64,000 bases of DNA, taken from NCBI RefSeq assembly GCF_009914755.1, contig NC_060938.1, one strand, 5' to 3'. This stretch comes from the human T2T-CHM13v2.0 reference genome, Homo sapiens. Below are positions 1-16,572 of the stretch, piece after piece. The stretch's first letter is position 1, and every line of letters starts with the position of its first letter. Below the pieces are notes generated by a model, which saw nothing but the letters and a program-made list of their open reading frames with translations, did no database searches and was not told the DNA's origin. Made by a program: the position numbers and the translations under genes.

Positions 1-130
1 CGGGGGCTTTGTGACATACCTCTGCACTGATCACCCAGGTGATGTAACTCTTGTCTAGGCTTTGCCTATGGAGGCTTTGTGACATATCTCTGCACTGATC
101 ACCCAGGTGATGGGACTCTTTTCTAGGCTC
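1..130. repeat. Beta satellite (68-bp Sau3A/BSR), last ~2 monomers of an array
   Basis: GGCTTTGTGACATA...GATCACCCAGGTGATG...TCTAGGC occurs twice at exactly 68-bp spacing (positions 5 and 73), each with a GATC site. Confidence 0.9.
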
Positions 131-409
131 TTCTATCCTTGGATTGTAACCTTGAAGGATCTTGAACTCATATCCTTTCAGGGATTATAAAAGGGAGCAC
201 ATCAAAACTGTCATGATAAAGTTGTGGAAAAGTGGGCAATATTGCCAAATGCAAAATATCTGGGCTATATTTTGGTCTCAGATCACCATTTGAGATTCCT
301 GGAAGATAGGGAATATGGAGGCCAACTCCCATAGGGATGTTGTATAAGACTCCAAGCCCTAAGTCAATGATCTCAACCCTGTGGATCAGCACTCTCCATG
401 TAATGGGGC

Positions 410-801
410 ATCTTAACCCATTTTGTGCTGCTATAACAGAATATCATAGACTAGGGAATCTATAAAGAAAAGAAATTTATTTCTTAGAGTTCTGGAGGCT
501 AGGAAGTCCAAGGATGAGGGGGGTCTGCATCTGGTGAGGGCCTTCTTGCTGTGTCATCTCATGACTGAAGACAGCAGAGCAAGACTTTGAGAAAGAAAGA
601 GAGCAAAAGGGGCTGAGCTTGCTTTTAATACAAGCCCACTCCCAAGATAACTAACCTACTCCTGAGATAGTGACATTAATCCATGCATGGGGGCAGAATC
701 TCATAGCCCAATCACTCTTATTAGGCCCTGCCTCTCAACACTGTCACATAGAGGATTAAGTTTCCAACATGTGAGCTCTGGGGGACACATGCAGACCATA
801 T
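410..801 (-). mobile_element. MaLR solo LTR (MLT1A/MSTD-like)
   Basis: CCATTTTGTGCTGCTATAACAGAA...GTTCTGGAGGCTAGGAAGTCCAAG...GGGGGACACATGCAGACCATA matches recalled MLT1A/MST LTR ends. Confidence 0.75.
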
Positions 802-1034
802 ATGGGCGATTGATGAGTATATGGGAGGGACCAGTCATGAATATTTTGGCTGAGAGTTGTGTTTGAGAGCTGAAGCCATGCTCCATCATGGCAGGGCACA
901 CATAGACCTTTGAATGCTCTGAGGAATGAATATTTGAATATTGAAGAGTGTAACTCATGGCAGAAGGTGGAATATTTAAAAGGCAGAAGTGCCTGGTTCA
1001 AGTAAAAGAGTGAACAGCCTGTAGCCTGGGGCTG

Positions 1035-1392
1035 GCTCCTCTTCCCTTTCCGTCCCCACCTTTCACCTTTCTTTCTTTCTTTCCCTCCCTCCCTCTTTCT
1101 CCCTTCCCTCACACTCTCCTTCCTTCCTCTCTTCCTTCCTTCCTCTCCCTTCCTCTTTCTCTCCCTCCCTGCTTCCTTGTTTCTTTCCTTCTTTCTCTTT
1201 CCCTTTTTCTTCCTCCTTCCTTCCTTCCTTCTCTCTCATTTCCTTCTCTCTTTCTTTCTCTCTTTCCATCTTTCTCTCCCTCCATCCTTCTTTCTCTCAT
1301 TCTTTCCTTCCTTCTCTCTTTCCTTCTTTGTCCCCTTCTTTCCTTCTTTTCTTTCTCCCTCCTTCCTGCCTTCCTTTCTTCTCTCTTTCTTT
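1035..1392. repeat. Polypyrimidine (CT/CCTT/CTTT) low-complexity tract
   Basis: About 360 bp almost purely C/T on the + strand. Confidence 0.95.
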
Positions 1393-1436
1393 GACTGATG
1401 TGTTCTGAGTCCAAGCAACCTGTGGGGTACTAAGTG

Positions 1437-1615
1437 GTACCAAAATTGACTCAAGAATCAGGAAGAAATAGAAAACCTAAGAAGTACTACAACATGAAGA
1501 ACATAAAATCTCTAGTAAAATAAAATCTTTCACAAAGGAAGGACTAGGCCCAGATGGTTATATGAGCAAATTTTACAGACTTCCAAAGAATGGATCATTC
1601 TAATTATGTTCCAAA
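1437..1615 (+). mobile_element. Old L1M ORF2 fragment
   Basis: CCAAAATTGACTCAAGAA..GAAATAGAAAACC and CTAGGCCCAGATGGTT resemble L1 ORF2 (PGPDGF region). Confidence 0.55.
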
Positions 1616-1839
1616 CAACTGTAGCTAGGAATATTAATGCTGGATTTTTCAAAAGCCTCATTTCCTAAAATCTGTAGGTTCAAAGGTAGATTGGTATGTG
1701 TTGGAAATCCTCAAATTTGTGCAGTTCCTTGGAGTTTTAGCATTAAAAAAGAAATTCCTTGCCTGCATTAACTTTAAATTTTGTAACAGTTACCATTTAA
1801 TAGAGATACTCTATTCATTTATATGCACTCTGATTTTAT

Positions 1840-2270
1840 AGGAATGGAGACATATCAGACACATGGCTCTGCAACCAGGTTTTTTACTTTGTAAATATCT
1901 TGGACATCATTTTTGAGCATCCTTTTAAAATTTATTTTTTTAAATAGCTGCATAGTATTCTATCATATGAATAACCATAATTTCAATAAACAGTAAGGTG
2001 ATAATCATTAATGTGATTGATAAACATTAAGGTGATTTCTAGACTTTTGTTAAGTAAAAAGGTGGTATAATACTTTCTCCCATTCATACATAATTCCAGG
2101 CATCATGAGTATGTCTATAGGGTAAATTTCTGGAAATGAAATTGCTGAATCAGAGAGTACTGCCATTTATAATTTTGGTATATATTGTTTAATCACAATT
2201 GATAAAGTTTGTACGAATTTATAATCCCAGTAACAAGATGTGAGTACCACTTCAAACTCCACAACTTCAC
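1840..2270 (-). mobile_element. Old L1ME-like 3' fragment
   Basis: AATAGCTGCATAGTATTCTATCATATGAA and GAAATGAAATTGCTGAATCA resemble antisense L1M 3' end. Confidence 0.5.
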
Positions 2271-2507
2271 TGGCAGTGTTTGAAGTCATGATGCATATTG
2301 CCAGCCTCCCTTCAAGTAAAGTTCTATTAACCCTACAAAAATTTTATAAATGGCAGACGTTACATTTCCAGATAGCTTTGTGATAACCAAAAGAGAATTG
2401 ATTTATTAGCAATTTTTATCACATTGAAACAAAATATTATTTTTGATAAATATCATTATTGTTATGTATTTAAAACATCTCAGGTATTAAGAAATCATAC
2501 TTTAGAT

Positions 2508-7009
<4,502 letters not shown>

Positions 7010-8209
7010 CTTTCCATAAATGCATAAAGTCTAGAACAGCTAATATATTATAATGAAAAGTCAACTATAATCCCAGCTCAAAGAGAACACCATAAAATTA
7101 TGAAGAGCTCTCCACAAATCTCTAAATTTATGTCTTCCTAAGATTACATTTCTATTTCTTCTTGAATAATGTCCTCATTTTAGCTATGATTTAGTGATAG
7201 TAAGATGGTAGTTATGAGGAGAAAATTCTCCTAACACTCCATTGAGAAAATTCTGCCTCATTTCACCACACACCTGAGTCTTAAGCAGTCACTTCTAATG
7301 TAGCTGAATAATAGATCCTCACCCAGCTGAGTCTATGAGTTGAGTCCATGTATGTGAGATAAGACCCCCAAGTAGAGGTAATAAGCTGGGAAAGCCATCA
7401 GCTCATCTTTCTTCAGGCCTATATTTGTCATTGTCACTTGTAGAAGCAGGACAGCCCTGGCATTGGGATTGGTAGTAACAGAGAGTATCAAAGGGAAAAC
7501 TGAACTTCCCTAATTTTTGGAAAAAAGCACATTGGAAACAGATGGGCTCCAAAGTTTTCCATGTGTGAGGTCATTGTCCCAGGTAGTCTTGCTCAGGACA
7601 TTTCTTGTCAGCAAAACAGAAGTCAAATGATATTTCTACCTTCCAAGAGAATAGAACATAATGTCAGATTTTCTCATGGATTCCCACAAGTTCAAGAAAC
7701 TTTCATGGCCTTATTTAACTGCTTAAGCATTTCAACTAAAAAATTATTTGTCTTTCAAATACACAGGAATCTGTTTGGAAAAAATTTAACCAGAAAAAGT
7801 TGGAATTCTAAAGTAAAAAATCCATAAGGACATAAAAATTTTTTACATCTTTTAATTTATATGTCAACTGGGGAAAGGAAAACATTCTCTGAAGTTCCTT
7901 TTATACCATTAAAGACTTATTGTTTATTACCAGCAATACAGGGTGACTTATTCAGGTTGAATCTTAAAGGTAAACTTTAACTTAATTTTAAGTTTTGGCT
8001 AATTTTTAAGCATTTCTCAGTCACCTACCATGATTTCATCTCAGAAACCAAAATCTCAATTTCATTTAGACCTTTGAAATATTAAAACAGAAGGTTAAAT
8101 GCTTCAAAATAATATTCATGTAGACACTTACATATGTGGACCAGGAATCTACATATATTTCAAAGTTTATAAGAACATAACAAATGTTGATACACACATT
8201 TAATTCTGA

Positions 8210-10292
8210 AATAAAAGCTTACAACAAATAAAGCTGTAACAAATCAAGAAAATTTTGTAGGTTACACATTTTATGTCTAAAAATATAGGTATGAAACACT
8301 CAAGGATGGATAAAAGAAGAAATCACAAGAGAAAATAGAAAATATCTAGAGACAAATTAAGAACATGAAATATCAAAAGTTAAGAGATACATCAAAAACA
8401 GTACCATAAGGGAAAAATTTATAGCTATAAATGATTATAAAAAATAAGATACCAAATCAACAACTTTACTCCTAAGGAACTAAAAACAGAGGGAAAAAGA
8501 GGGACTATTAAAGAGGGACAACTAAAAACTAGAAAAATTTAAAAAATGATAAAGATAGCAGTGGAAATAAGTGAAATAGAGAATAGAAAATCAATATCGA
8601 AAATCAATATCAAAAATCAACAAAACCTAGTTTCTTCTCTGAAAAAGATCAAAACTGACAAAATTTTATCTAGATTGATTAAGAAAAAAGGTAATATTCA
8701 AATTACTAAACTCAAAAATAAAATGGGTACATTACTAACAAATTTTTGGAGTAAAAAAGGGATGTAGGAGAGTACCATGAGGAACTATACACTAAAAAAT
8801 TGAATAGCCTAAATAAAATGAACAAATTCCTAGAAACAAAAAACCTACTAAGACTGAATCAGAAAAGTTGAATAAACCTATTGAGCAAGGAGATTCAGCA
8901 GGAAGATTGCATCAGTAATCAAAAACCCAGCACAAAGAAAAGCCTGGACCAGATGGCTTCACTGTTGAATTCTACCCAATGTTTAAAGCAGAATTAACAC
9001 CACTTTTTCTCAAACTTTTTCAAAACTTTGAAGAGGAGGTAATTTTTTCTAACTTATTCTATGAGGCCAGTATTACCCTGACACCAAGCCAGAAAAAGGC
9101 ACCATAAGAAAACTACAAACAAACATCCCTTATAAATGCTGATGCAAAAATCCTCAACAAAATACCAGCAACTCAAACTTAGCAGTACATTAAAAGGATT
9201 ATACACTATGAATGAGTATAATTGACTCCTGAAATAAAAGTATGTTCCAACACATGAAAATCAGCGTAATATCACATTAAGAAGGAAAAAACCCTCATGT
9301 GATCATCTTAATCAAAGAAGAGAAAGCATTTGTCAAAATTTAACCCACATTCATGATAAAATATACTTAATAAACTATAAAAAGAAATAAAACACCTTAA
9401 CATAATGCTATACAAAAAAAAACAAACCAAAAAAAACACAGCTAACATGGTGAAAGACTGAAAGCTTTTACCCTAAGAGCAAAAACAAGGATGCGTGCTT
9501 TTACTACTTCTATTTAATATAGTACTGAAGGTTCTGGTTAGTTAAAACAATAAGGTGAGTAAAAGAATTAAAGATATTCCAATTTTTTAGAAAGTAAAAT
9601 TATCTGTTTGCAGATGACATAACCTTATATATTAAAAATCTTTTAGTTTCTGTGAAATAAACTGTCAGATGCAATAAATAAAATTCAGCAAACTGCAAGA
9701 TACAAAATCAATACACAAAAATCAGTTGTATTTCTACAATAACAATAAATTATATGAAGAAGAAATCAAGACAACAGTATCATGTATGATAGCATCAGAA
9801 GAATAAAACACTTAGAAACCCACTTAACCAAGGAAATGAAAAACCTGTACAGCAAAAACTATAAACATGGCATGAAAGTATTAAAGATGACACAAATAAG
9901 TGAAAAGACATCATGTGTTTATGGACTAGAAGATAAAATATTGTCAAGGTGCCATTGTTATCTATGGTCATCTACAGATTCAATAAAATCACTGTAAAAA
10001 TTCCAATATATGCAAAAACAGAAAAACCTGTTCTAAAATTCAGATGAAATCTCAAAAAACCCCAAGCAGCCAAATCAATCTTAAAAACTAACAAAGTAAG
10101 AGGACTAACACCTCCTGGTTTCAAACTTCAGTACCCAAAATAATGCTGTACCAGCATAGAGACAGACACAAAGACCAATGCAATAGAAACAAAGAACCAA
10201 AAAATATGGTCATGATTTTTAACAAGGGCGTCAACTCTGTTCAATGGGGAAAGGACGGTATTTTTTTAAATGGTGTTGAAAACGGATATTTA
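8210..10292 (+). mobile_element. Old L1M (L1MA/MB-type) ORF2 fragment
   Basis: Decayed ORF2 motifs: CCTGGACCAGATGGCTTCACTG (PGPDGF), GATGCAAAAATCCTCAACAAAATA (DAKILNKI), TTTGCAGATGACAT (FADD); followed by (TATC)n at ~10294-10320. Confidence 0.85.
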
Positions 10293-10442
10293 CATCTATC
10301 TATCTATCTATCTATCTATATCCCAAATTAGCTTTTTGTCTGTCATTTATGTTGCAGATCTATTTCCCCAGTCTGTTGACTTTTGACTTTGAGACATTTT
10401 TCTCTCATACAAAATTTTAATTTTTATGGAGTCAAATACAAC

Positions 10443-10499
10443 CTTGGCGCCGATCTGGTTCCCGCACTGCCCGGTCTGCGTGAGCACTATTTTCCTCAT
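10443..10499 (-). pseudogene. TUBB8P: Isolated beta-tubulin (TUBB8/TUBB4Q-type) exon 1, MRKIVLTQTGQCGNQIGAK, followed by a GT donor; rest of gene absent
   Basis: Reverse strand reads ATG AGG AAA ATA GTG CTC ACG CAG ACC GGG CAG TGC GGG AAC CAG ATC GGC GCC AAG|GTTG. This is 57 nt, the canonical beta-tubulin exon 1 length. LTQ (vs HIQ/HLQ) is typical of the TUBB8 group. CpG-rich 5'UTR/promoter to ~10600. Confidence 0.9.
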
Positions 10500-12231
10500 G
10501 CCCAAGGCGGGATTAGAGCGGCAGGAGAAACGCGAAAAGGAGGAGCAGACGCTCAGCTACCCAGTCCGCCCTCCGCCAACGCTGAAATATCCCTTCGCCC
10601 ACCTCCCTCAGCCTTGGATTCAGCTCCCAGAATAAGCAACAGCTTTACTTCCACACAGGTGTACCTACCTGTGAATCCCTTGGATCGAACGCCTCTTGGA
10701 GAGCTCAGGTGCCCTTGCTGTGGTCCTTTCCACGTTGGGGAAAGCTGGTCAGCTGGAGAACTTCCTCCCACATCTTTAGTAAGACTAAATCCCCAGCTGA
10801 GCTGAAACTGAATTTTCCTCCCATGTGGGAGGGGAAGACTCTTGTTTCCATATTCGCAGAGTGCCTTTGCACCTGTCCTAGATTGATGACATATTTTTGT
10901 AATTGATAAATCTTTTCATCTATTAGGAGATCTGTGCTTAGGAAAGGTCTTCCGAATGTTAACTCAACAGGATTTTATTATAAGTTTTACTTTGGAGCAG
11001 TTCAAACCCGCTGTAAGCTATGGGTGTTGGAGATAGTCAGGCGTCTGATTTAGCTAGAGTCTTCTTTAGAGTAGGATTAGCCCTTTCACCTTTCCAGAGG
11101 ACTGCGGTCTGCACACAGAGTGAAGGTAATATTGGATTCTTAAAGCTGAGGATAGGTGTTGGGATACACCTGCTGTGAAAGACGGGCCATTGCCACTTTG
11201 CAGGCTTTTAGATTACCCAAACTGAGGAGTTATTTCTTCTGGTAAACATTTTTCAGATGGGGTGCGGAATGCCTCGATCTAACTAGCGAAGGCATCAGTA
11301 AGCATTAGCAAATATTTGAATCTCCTGCAGAAAGGTAGCTGAGTAAATTAGAGTTGCCAGTTCTCACCTGGGTAGGTTCCTCAATTTTTGGACAGGTTTA
11401 CCTGGAGAAGGAGAAAATCGCTGGTGGTTTGGGTCATGTCAGTCACAGAGCTCACAGGGCTGAGTCACCTGCTTTTCTGTCTTGAAAAGATTTACCCCTA
11501 TAAACAAATGAGACATTAACAGAAGCCAGGAATCCCTTCTAGGGTGAAAAGAATCATGAAAGTGCTGAATTATATTCCTATGATTGGTACTTGGCATTAG
11601 TAATTTATTACCATCATTCAGCCAGCCAGAGGGGCCTTGGACTGAAATGCAATCCCTGGCCCATTTTTATTCTTCTTCAGAGTATTCCGGCCCAGTTCTA
11701 TGTATGCTGACCAGCACGCCCATAAGCTTCATTGGCCCTTTCAGTGCAGGGGCCTTGGCTTGGCATCTACAAGGGCATTTCCTTTTACATGGCCAGTCTC
11801 TCTTTTGATGTCCTCTGAGATTAATTATAGTCAATTTTTGACAGCAAAGCAGCATTCTAACAAGCTCAAAATCTGAATGATGTTGTATGGAAAACTCTTG
11901 GGGGTCAGCAGTCCCTACCCATTCCAAATTGCAGCATAACCATGAAGCACTAAAAAATCATACTTGAAATCAGTGTAAATGTTAACTTTTAAATCCTTTC
12001 CCAACTGCAGGGGCTGAGTAAGTTCAATTAACTCAGCTTTTTGGGCTGAGGTCGAAGCCAGCAAGGCTTGTGCCTTGATTCTCTTGTGCTGACTACTAAT
12101 AGCATACCTAGCCCTCCTGTTCTCCTGATGCATAAAACAACTTGCATCTGTTAACCACTCTTCCTTGGGATGGTCAAGGGGCTCATCTCTCTTAAGTCTA
12201 GCCTGCTAGAATCAATTTGTTTCATAACCTA

Positions 12232-12879
12232 TGACATGCTTCGGCTCTGTCCCCAGTCAAATCTTATCTTGAATTTTAGCTCCCATAATTCCTATATATC
12301 GTGGGAGGGACCCAGTGGGAAGTAATCGAATCGGGGGATGGGTCTTTCTCATGCTGTTCTTGTGACAGTGAAAAAGCCTCATGAGATCTAATGGTTTATT
12401 TATTTATTTTTGAGACATAGTCTTGCTCTGTTGCTCAGGCTGGAGTGCATTTACGTGATCTTGGCTCACTGCAACTTCTGACTCCTGGGTTCAAGCGATT
12501 CTCCTGTCTCAGCATCCTGAGTAGCTGGGATTAGAGGTGCCTACCACCATGCCTGTCTAATTTTTGTACTTTTAGTATAGATGGGGTTTCACCATGTTGG
12601 CCAGGGTGTCCTCGATCTCCTCACCTCAGCTCATCCACTGCCTTGGCCTCCCAAAGTGCTGGGATTACAGCTGATGGTTTTATAAAGGGGAGTTTCCCTA
12701 CACAAGCCCTTTTGCCTGCTGCCATGTCAGAGATGTGACTTTGTTCCTCATTTGCCTTCTGCAATGAGTGTGAGGCCTCCCCGACCACGTGGAAATGTGA
12801 GTCAATTAAACCTCTTTTCTTTATAAATTACCCAGCCTCAGATATGTCTTTATTAGCAGCATGAGAACAGACTAATACA
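12232..12879 (+). mobile_element. THE1 (C/D-like) solo LTR inserted in ERV pol
   Basis: TGACATGCTTCGGCTCTGTCCCC...GAGAACAGACTAATACA; TG..CA ends; near-TSD ACCTA/ACCTG. Confidence 0.88.
12397..12670 (-). mobile_element. AluS (slightly 5'-truncated) nested in the THE1 LTR
   Basis: Antisense Alu with (TTTA)n tail; flanks CTAATGGTTT / CTGATGGTTT as TSD. Confidence 0.88.
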
Positions 12880-15621
12880 ACCTGTATGCCAGAAAGGCTA
12901 GAAGTACCTGTGGACTCTGGCAGATAAGCAGCTGGGTTTATGGTTTGGCAGGCTTTAAGGATTATGTCTGGAGGGTCCAGCAATAAGGCCTGATACTTTC
13001 ATAAATGTTCTCCTATTATCCACTCCTGCCCTTTAGCTTCTAGGACCACCTTCCCTTGGTGTGGGGTCAAAAACCTGTAGGTGCTCTTCTAATGTTAGTT
13101 TATTAGCTTTGTCTGCTAGAAAACTGGTAGCAGCAATAGCTCTAAGACATCAAGGCCACCCTGAGGCCACCTGGTCTATCTGCTTAGAAAATTAGGCTAC
13201 TGGCCTTGGAATGTCCCCCCGTTTTGGGACAAGATTACCCAAGGCCTATGCCTTGATTTTTGGTCACATAAAGAAAAAATGGTTCATCCAACTTGGGGAC
13301 TCCCACTTCTGCAGCAGAGCCCAATTTCTCCTTGAGAGTATTGAAGGTTTGCTTGCAGTTCTCATTACATTCTAGGAGCTCTAAATCTTTCCCTTTAATG
13401 TATCATATAAAGGCTTGGCTACATGCCCAAATCTGGGCACCCATAAGCAGCAGTACCCAGCCATCTCCTAAAAAAGCCCACAGTCATTTTTTGTACAGGG
13501 ACCCTTGGGTGACTAAAATAACTTTCTTATCTCTAGGGATGTTGATCAGTTCCAGAGGTTAAGACAGATTCCAAATATTTAAGTCTTTCAGTCAAAATCT
13601 GAGCCCTGTGTGGTGATGCCCTATATCTGCAAGTTCCCAGGAAATTTACCAACTTAACAGTATTATTATGAGTCTTCTTTAGTTGGGCTAGCAATGAGCA
13701 AGTCACCTACGTACTGAATAATTGTGTCCCTTTCCAATTGTAGATTTGTTAAGTCCTTAACTAGAGCATTTTCATATAAGCGGGGTCTATCCCAGAACCC
13801 TTCAGAGATGACTGTCCAGGTTAGTTTTGAGGCTGAATGCGTATCTGGATCATTCCATTCAAAGGCAAACATATTATGAATCTGGATGCATTGAGATCCA
13901 GAAAAGTGCATCTTTCAGATATAAGAATGTAAACCAGCTTGCATCCCCTGGGACTTGGTAAGTATTTGGGACAATGAGGTGTACGGAGACAACTGCATTT
14001 CTTAATGCTCTAAGGGTTCTGACAAATCTGTACTTGCCATTAGGCTTTTTATCTGGTAACATGCGAGTATTGTAAGGAGACTCTCATGGCCTTAATAACT
14101 CATATGGCAAGAATTTGGCAATAAGGGGTTGAATTTCCCCTCATGCTTCTTGCCTTAAAATGTATTGTCTCTTCTGAGGGCGAGGAGCACTAGGCTGAAG
14201 TTGGATTTGAATGGGGGAGGTGTTTAGTGGTTTCCCAGAGCCTGTGTGGACCAAACCTCAAGATTTACTTGAGACAACATCTCAGGTGGTAAATGTGACA
14301 GCTCATTCTTAACTTCTTTTTTCCCCTGAGGGGTCAGGAACAAAAGTAACACTTTCTATGCTTTATGATCTGTGAAGTTGACCATGACTTGGTCTCCTGA
14401 GTCAATAAGCCTCTCCCCAGTAAGAGGTCAGGTAATCAGACAGTACTAAAAAGGCAGGCAAGATAGCTAGAGGCTCTGGAGGACAACTTAGAAGATACAA
14501 AAAGGAGTGTTTTGGGGCTTGTCCATCATGAGAAGACAGGAGCCCATTGTATTGAATCAGGACAGAGTAATCTGCTCCCACACCTAATACGAAGTTAATA
14601 CTCCTACCTACTACTTCAAGAGTCACCTGAGGCTCCTCCATCTCTCGATAGCTAATAGTCCAATGGGAGCAGAGGTAGGAAGTATCAGGCCCTGCCACTT
14701 TTGATTCTGCTGGGCTCTGATGATGGCTCCCTTGGAAGCACAGTGCATTTCCTTCGGCAGTGGCTGACCTTCCTACAGAAGGCACATTGATTTATATCCA
14801 AGGCACGGTGGCCCAGAGGCACAGACTGGGACTTTCACCTTCTCACTTCCTCTGTGAGGGCCAGGGGTTAAGGGGCTGCCTCTGAAGTGGTGGAGAGCAC
14901 AAGGCTGCAGCTAGAAGCTGGGCCTCTTGGAAGATTTGCTTTATTTTATGTTTTCTCTGCCGAATTCCTGTGATGGAAAACTGCAAAATCCAAGTCTAAA
15001 ATCTGATCCATGGGAGTCTGGAAGCCTAAGGCTGCTTTTGGTAGCTTCCTATAGATATCAGAAGCAGACTGGGCTATAAAATAAACTCCTAGCAATGTTG
15101 TCCCTTCTTGGAGTCAGGGTCAGTGTTAGTGTATTTCCTCAAGGTCTAAATTATCCACCCTTGTAATAAGGCTAGGTTTTCATCTTTTCCCTGAGTAATT
15201 TTCCAGACTTTATAAAAATTAAAAAGCTTTATCACACTTTTTTATTCATTCAAGGAGTCAAATGATCATAATTTTTTCTCTCTATATCACACTTTCTTCT
15301 TAATTCATTTGTCTTTTCTAGATTCTAGTTCTTTTGGGTCCTAGTCAGGCACTGCTATGCCTCCTATTTGATAGGTGTCTTGCCCCTTGTTGCAGGCTGC
15401 CACCCTATTAGCATGTGCTCTAGCCACTCCCATCATGCACTGCTTTTCTACCATGCAGCAGGTAAACATAAATATATGCAAATCCTACCTGGTCAGATCA
15501 TACGTCAAAGTTAGCCTTTTAAATTTGTCTATGAATTTTCCCGGAACTTCTGAAAACTGTTTTAGTTTTTCCTTGCATATGGCTAATTCAGATATAGAAA
15601 AGTGTACACATACCTATGTAG

Positions 15622-16572
15622 TGTGGGGAAAAGAAAGAGAGATCAGACTGTTACTGTGTCTATGTAGAAAGAAGTCGACATAAGACACTCCATTTTGTTC
15701 TGTACTAAGAAAAATTCTTCTGCCTTGAGAGGCTGTTAATCTGTAACCCTAACCCCAACCCTGTGCTCACAGAAACATGTGCTGTGTCGACTCAAGGTTT
15801 AATGGATTTAGGGATATGCAGGATGTGCTTTGTTAAACAAATGCTTTAAGGCAGCATGCTTGTTAAACCCTATTCTCAAGTACCCAGGGACACAAAACAC
15901 TGCGGAAGGCCACAGGGACCACTGCCTAGGAAAGCCAGGTATTGTCCAAGGTTTCTCCCCATGTGATAGTCTGAAATATGGCCTCATGGGAAGGGAAGGA
16001 CACGACCATCCACCAGCCTGACACCTGTAAAGGGTCTGTGCTGAGGAGGATTAATAAAAGAGGAAGGCCTTTTTGCAGTTGAGATAAGACAAAGCCATCT
16101 GTCTCTTGCTCGTCCCTGGGCAATGGAATGTCTCAGTGGAAAACCCGATTGTATATTCCATCTACTGAAATAGGAGAAAACTGCCTTACGGCTGGAGGTG
16201 AGACATGCTGGAGGGAATACTGCTCTTTAAGGCACTGAGATGTTTATGTATATGCACATCAAAAGCACAGCACTTTTTTCTTTACCTTGTTTATGATGCA
16301 GAGACATTTGTTCACGTGTTTTCTTGCTGACCCTCTCTCCACTATTATCCTATTGTCCTGCCACATACCCCTCTCCAAGAAATGCCCGATAATGATCAAT
16401 AAATACTAAGGAAAGTCAGAGACTGGTGCCGGCGTGGGTCCTCCGTATGCTGAGCGCTGGTCCCCTGGGCCCACTTTTTCTCTATACTTTGTCTCTGCGT
16501 CTCTTTTCACAAGTATCTCGTTCTACCTGATGAGAAACGCCCACAGGTGTGGAGGGACAGGCCACTCCTTCA
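15622..16572 (+). mobile_element. HERV-K(HML-2) solo LTR, LTR5B-like, inserted in ERV gag
   Basis: TGTGGGGAAAAGAAAGAGAGATCAGACTG...GGCCACTCCTTCA, ~950 bp; degenerate 6-bp TSD ATGTAG/ATATAC. Confidence 0.92.

Noticed and set aside
131-409. Non-repetitive-looking segment next to beta satellite with a 74-aa ORF
   Set aside because: No recognisable protein similarity or clear splice signals; origin unidentified without a search
756-1454. Arg/Glu/Lys-rich and Phe/Leu/Ser-rich ORFs
   Set aside because: Products of the polypyrimidine tract
10383-10805. 140-aa plus-strand ORF over the CpG-rich patch
   Set aside because: Antisense to tubulin exon 1 and ERV integrase, which explain the composition
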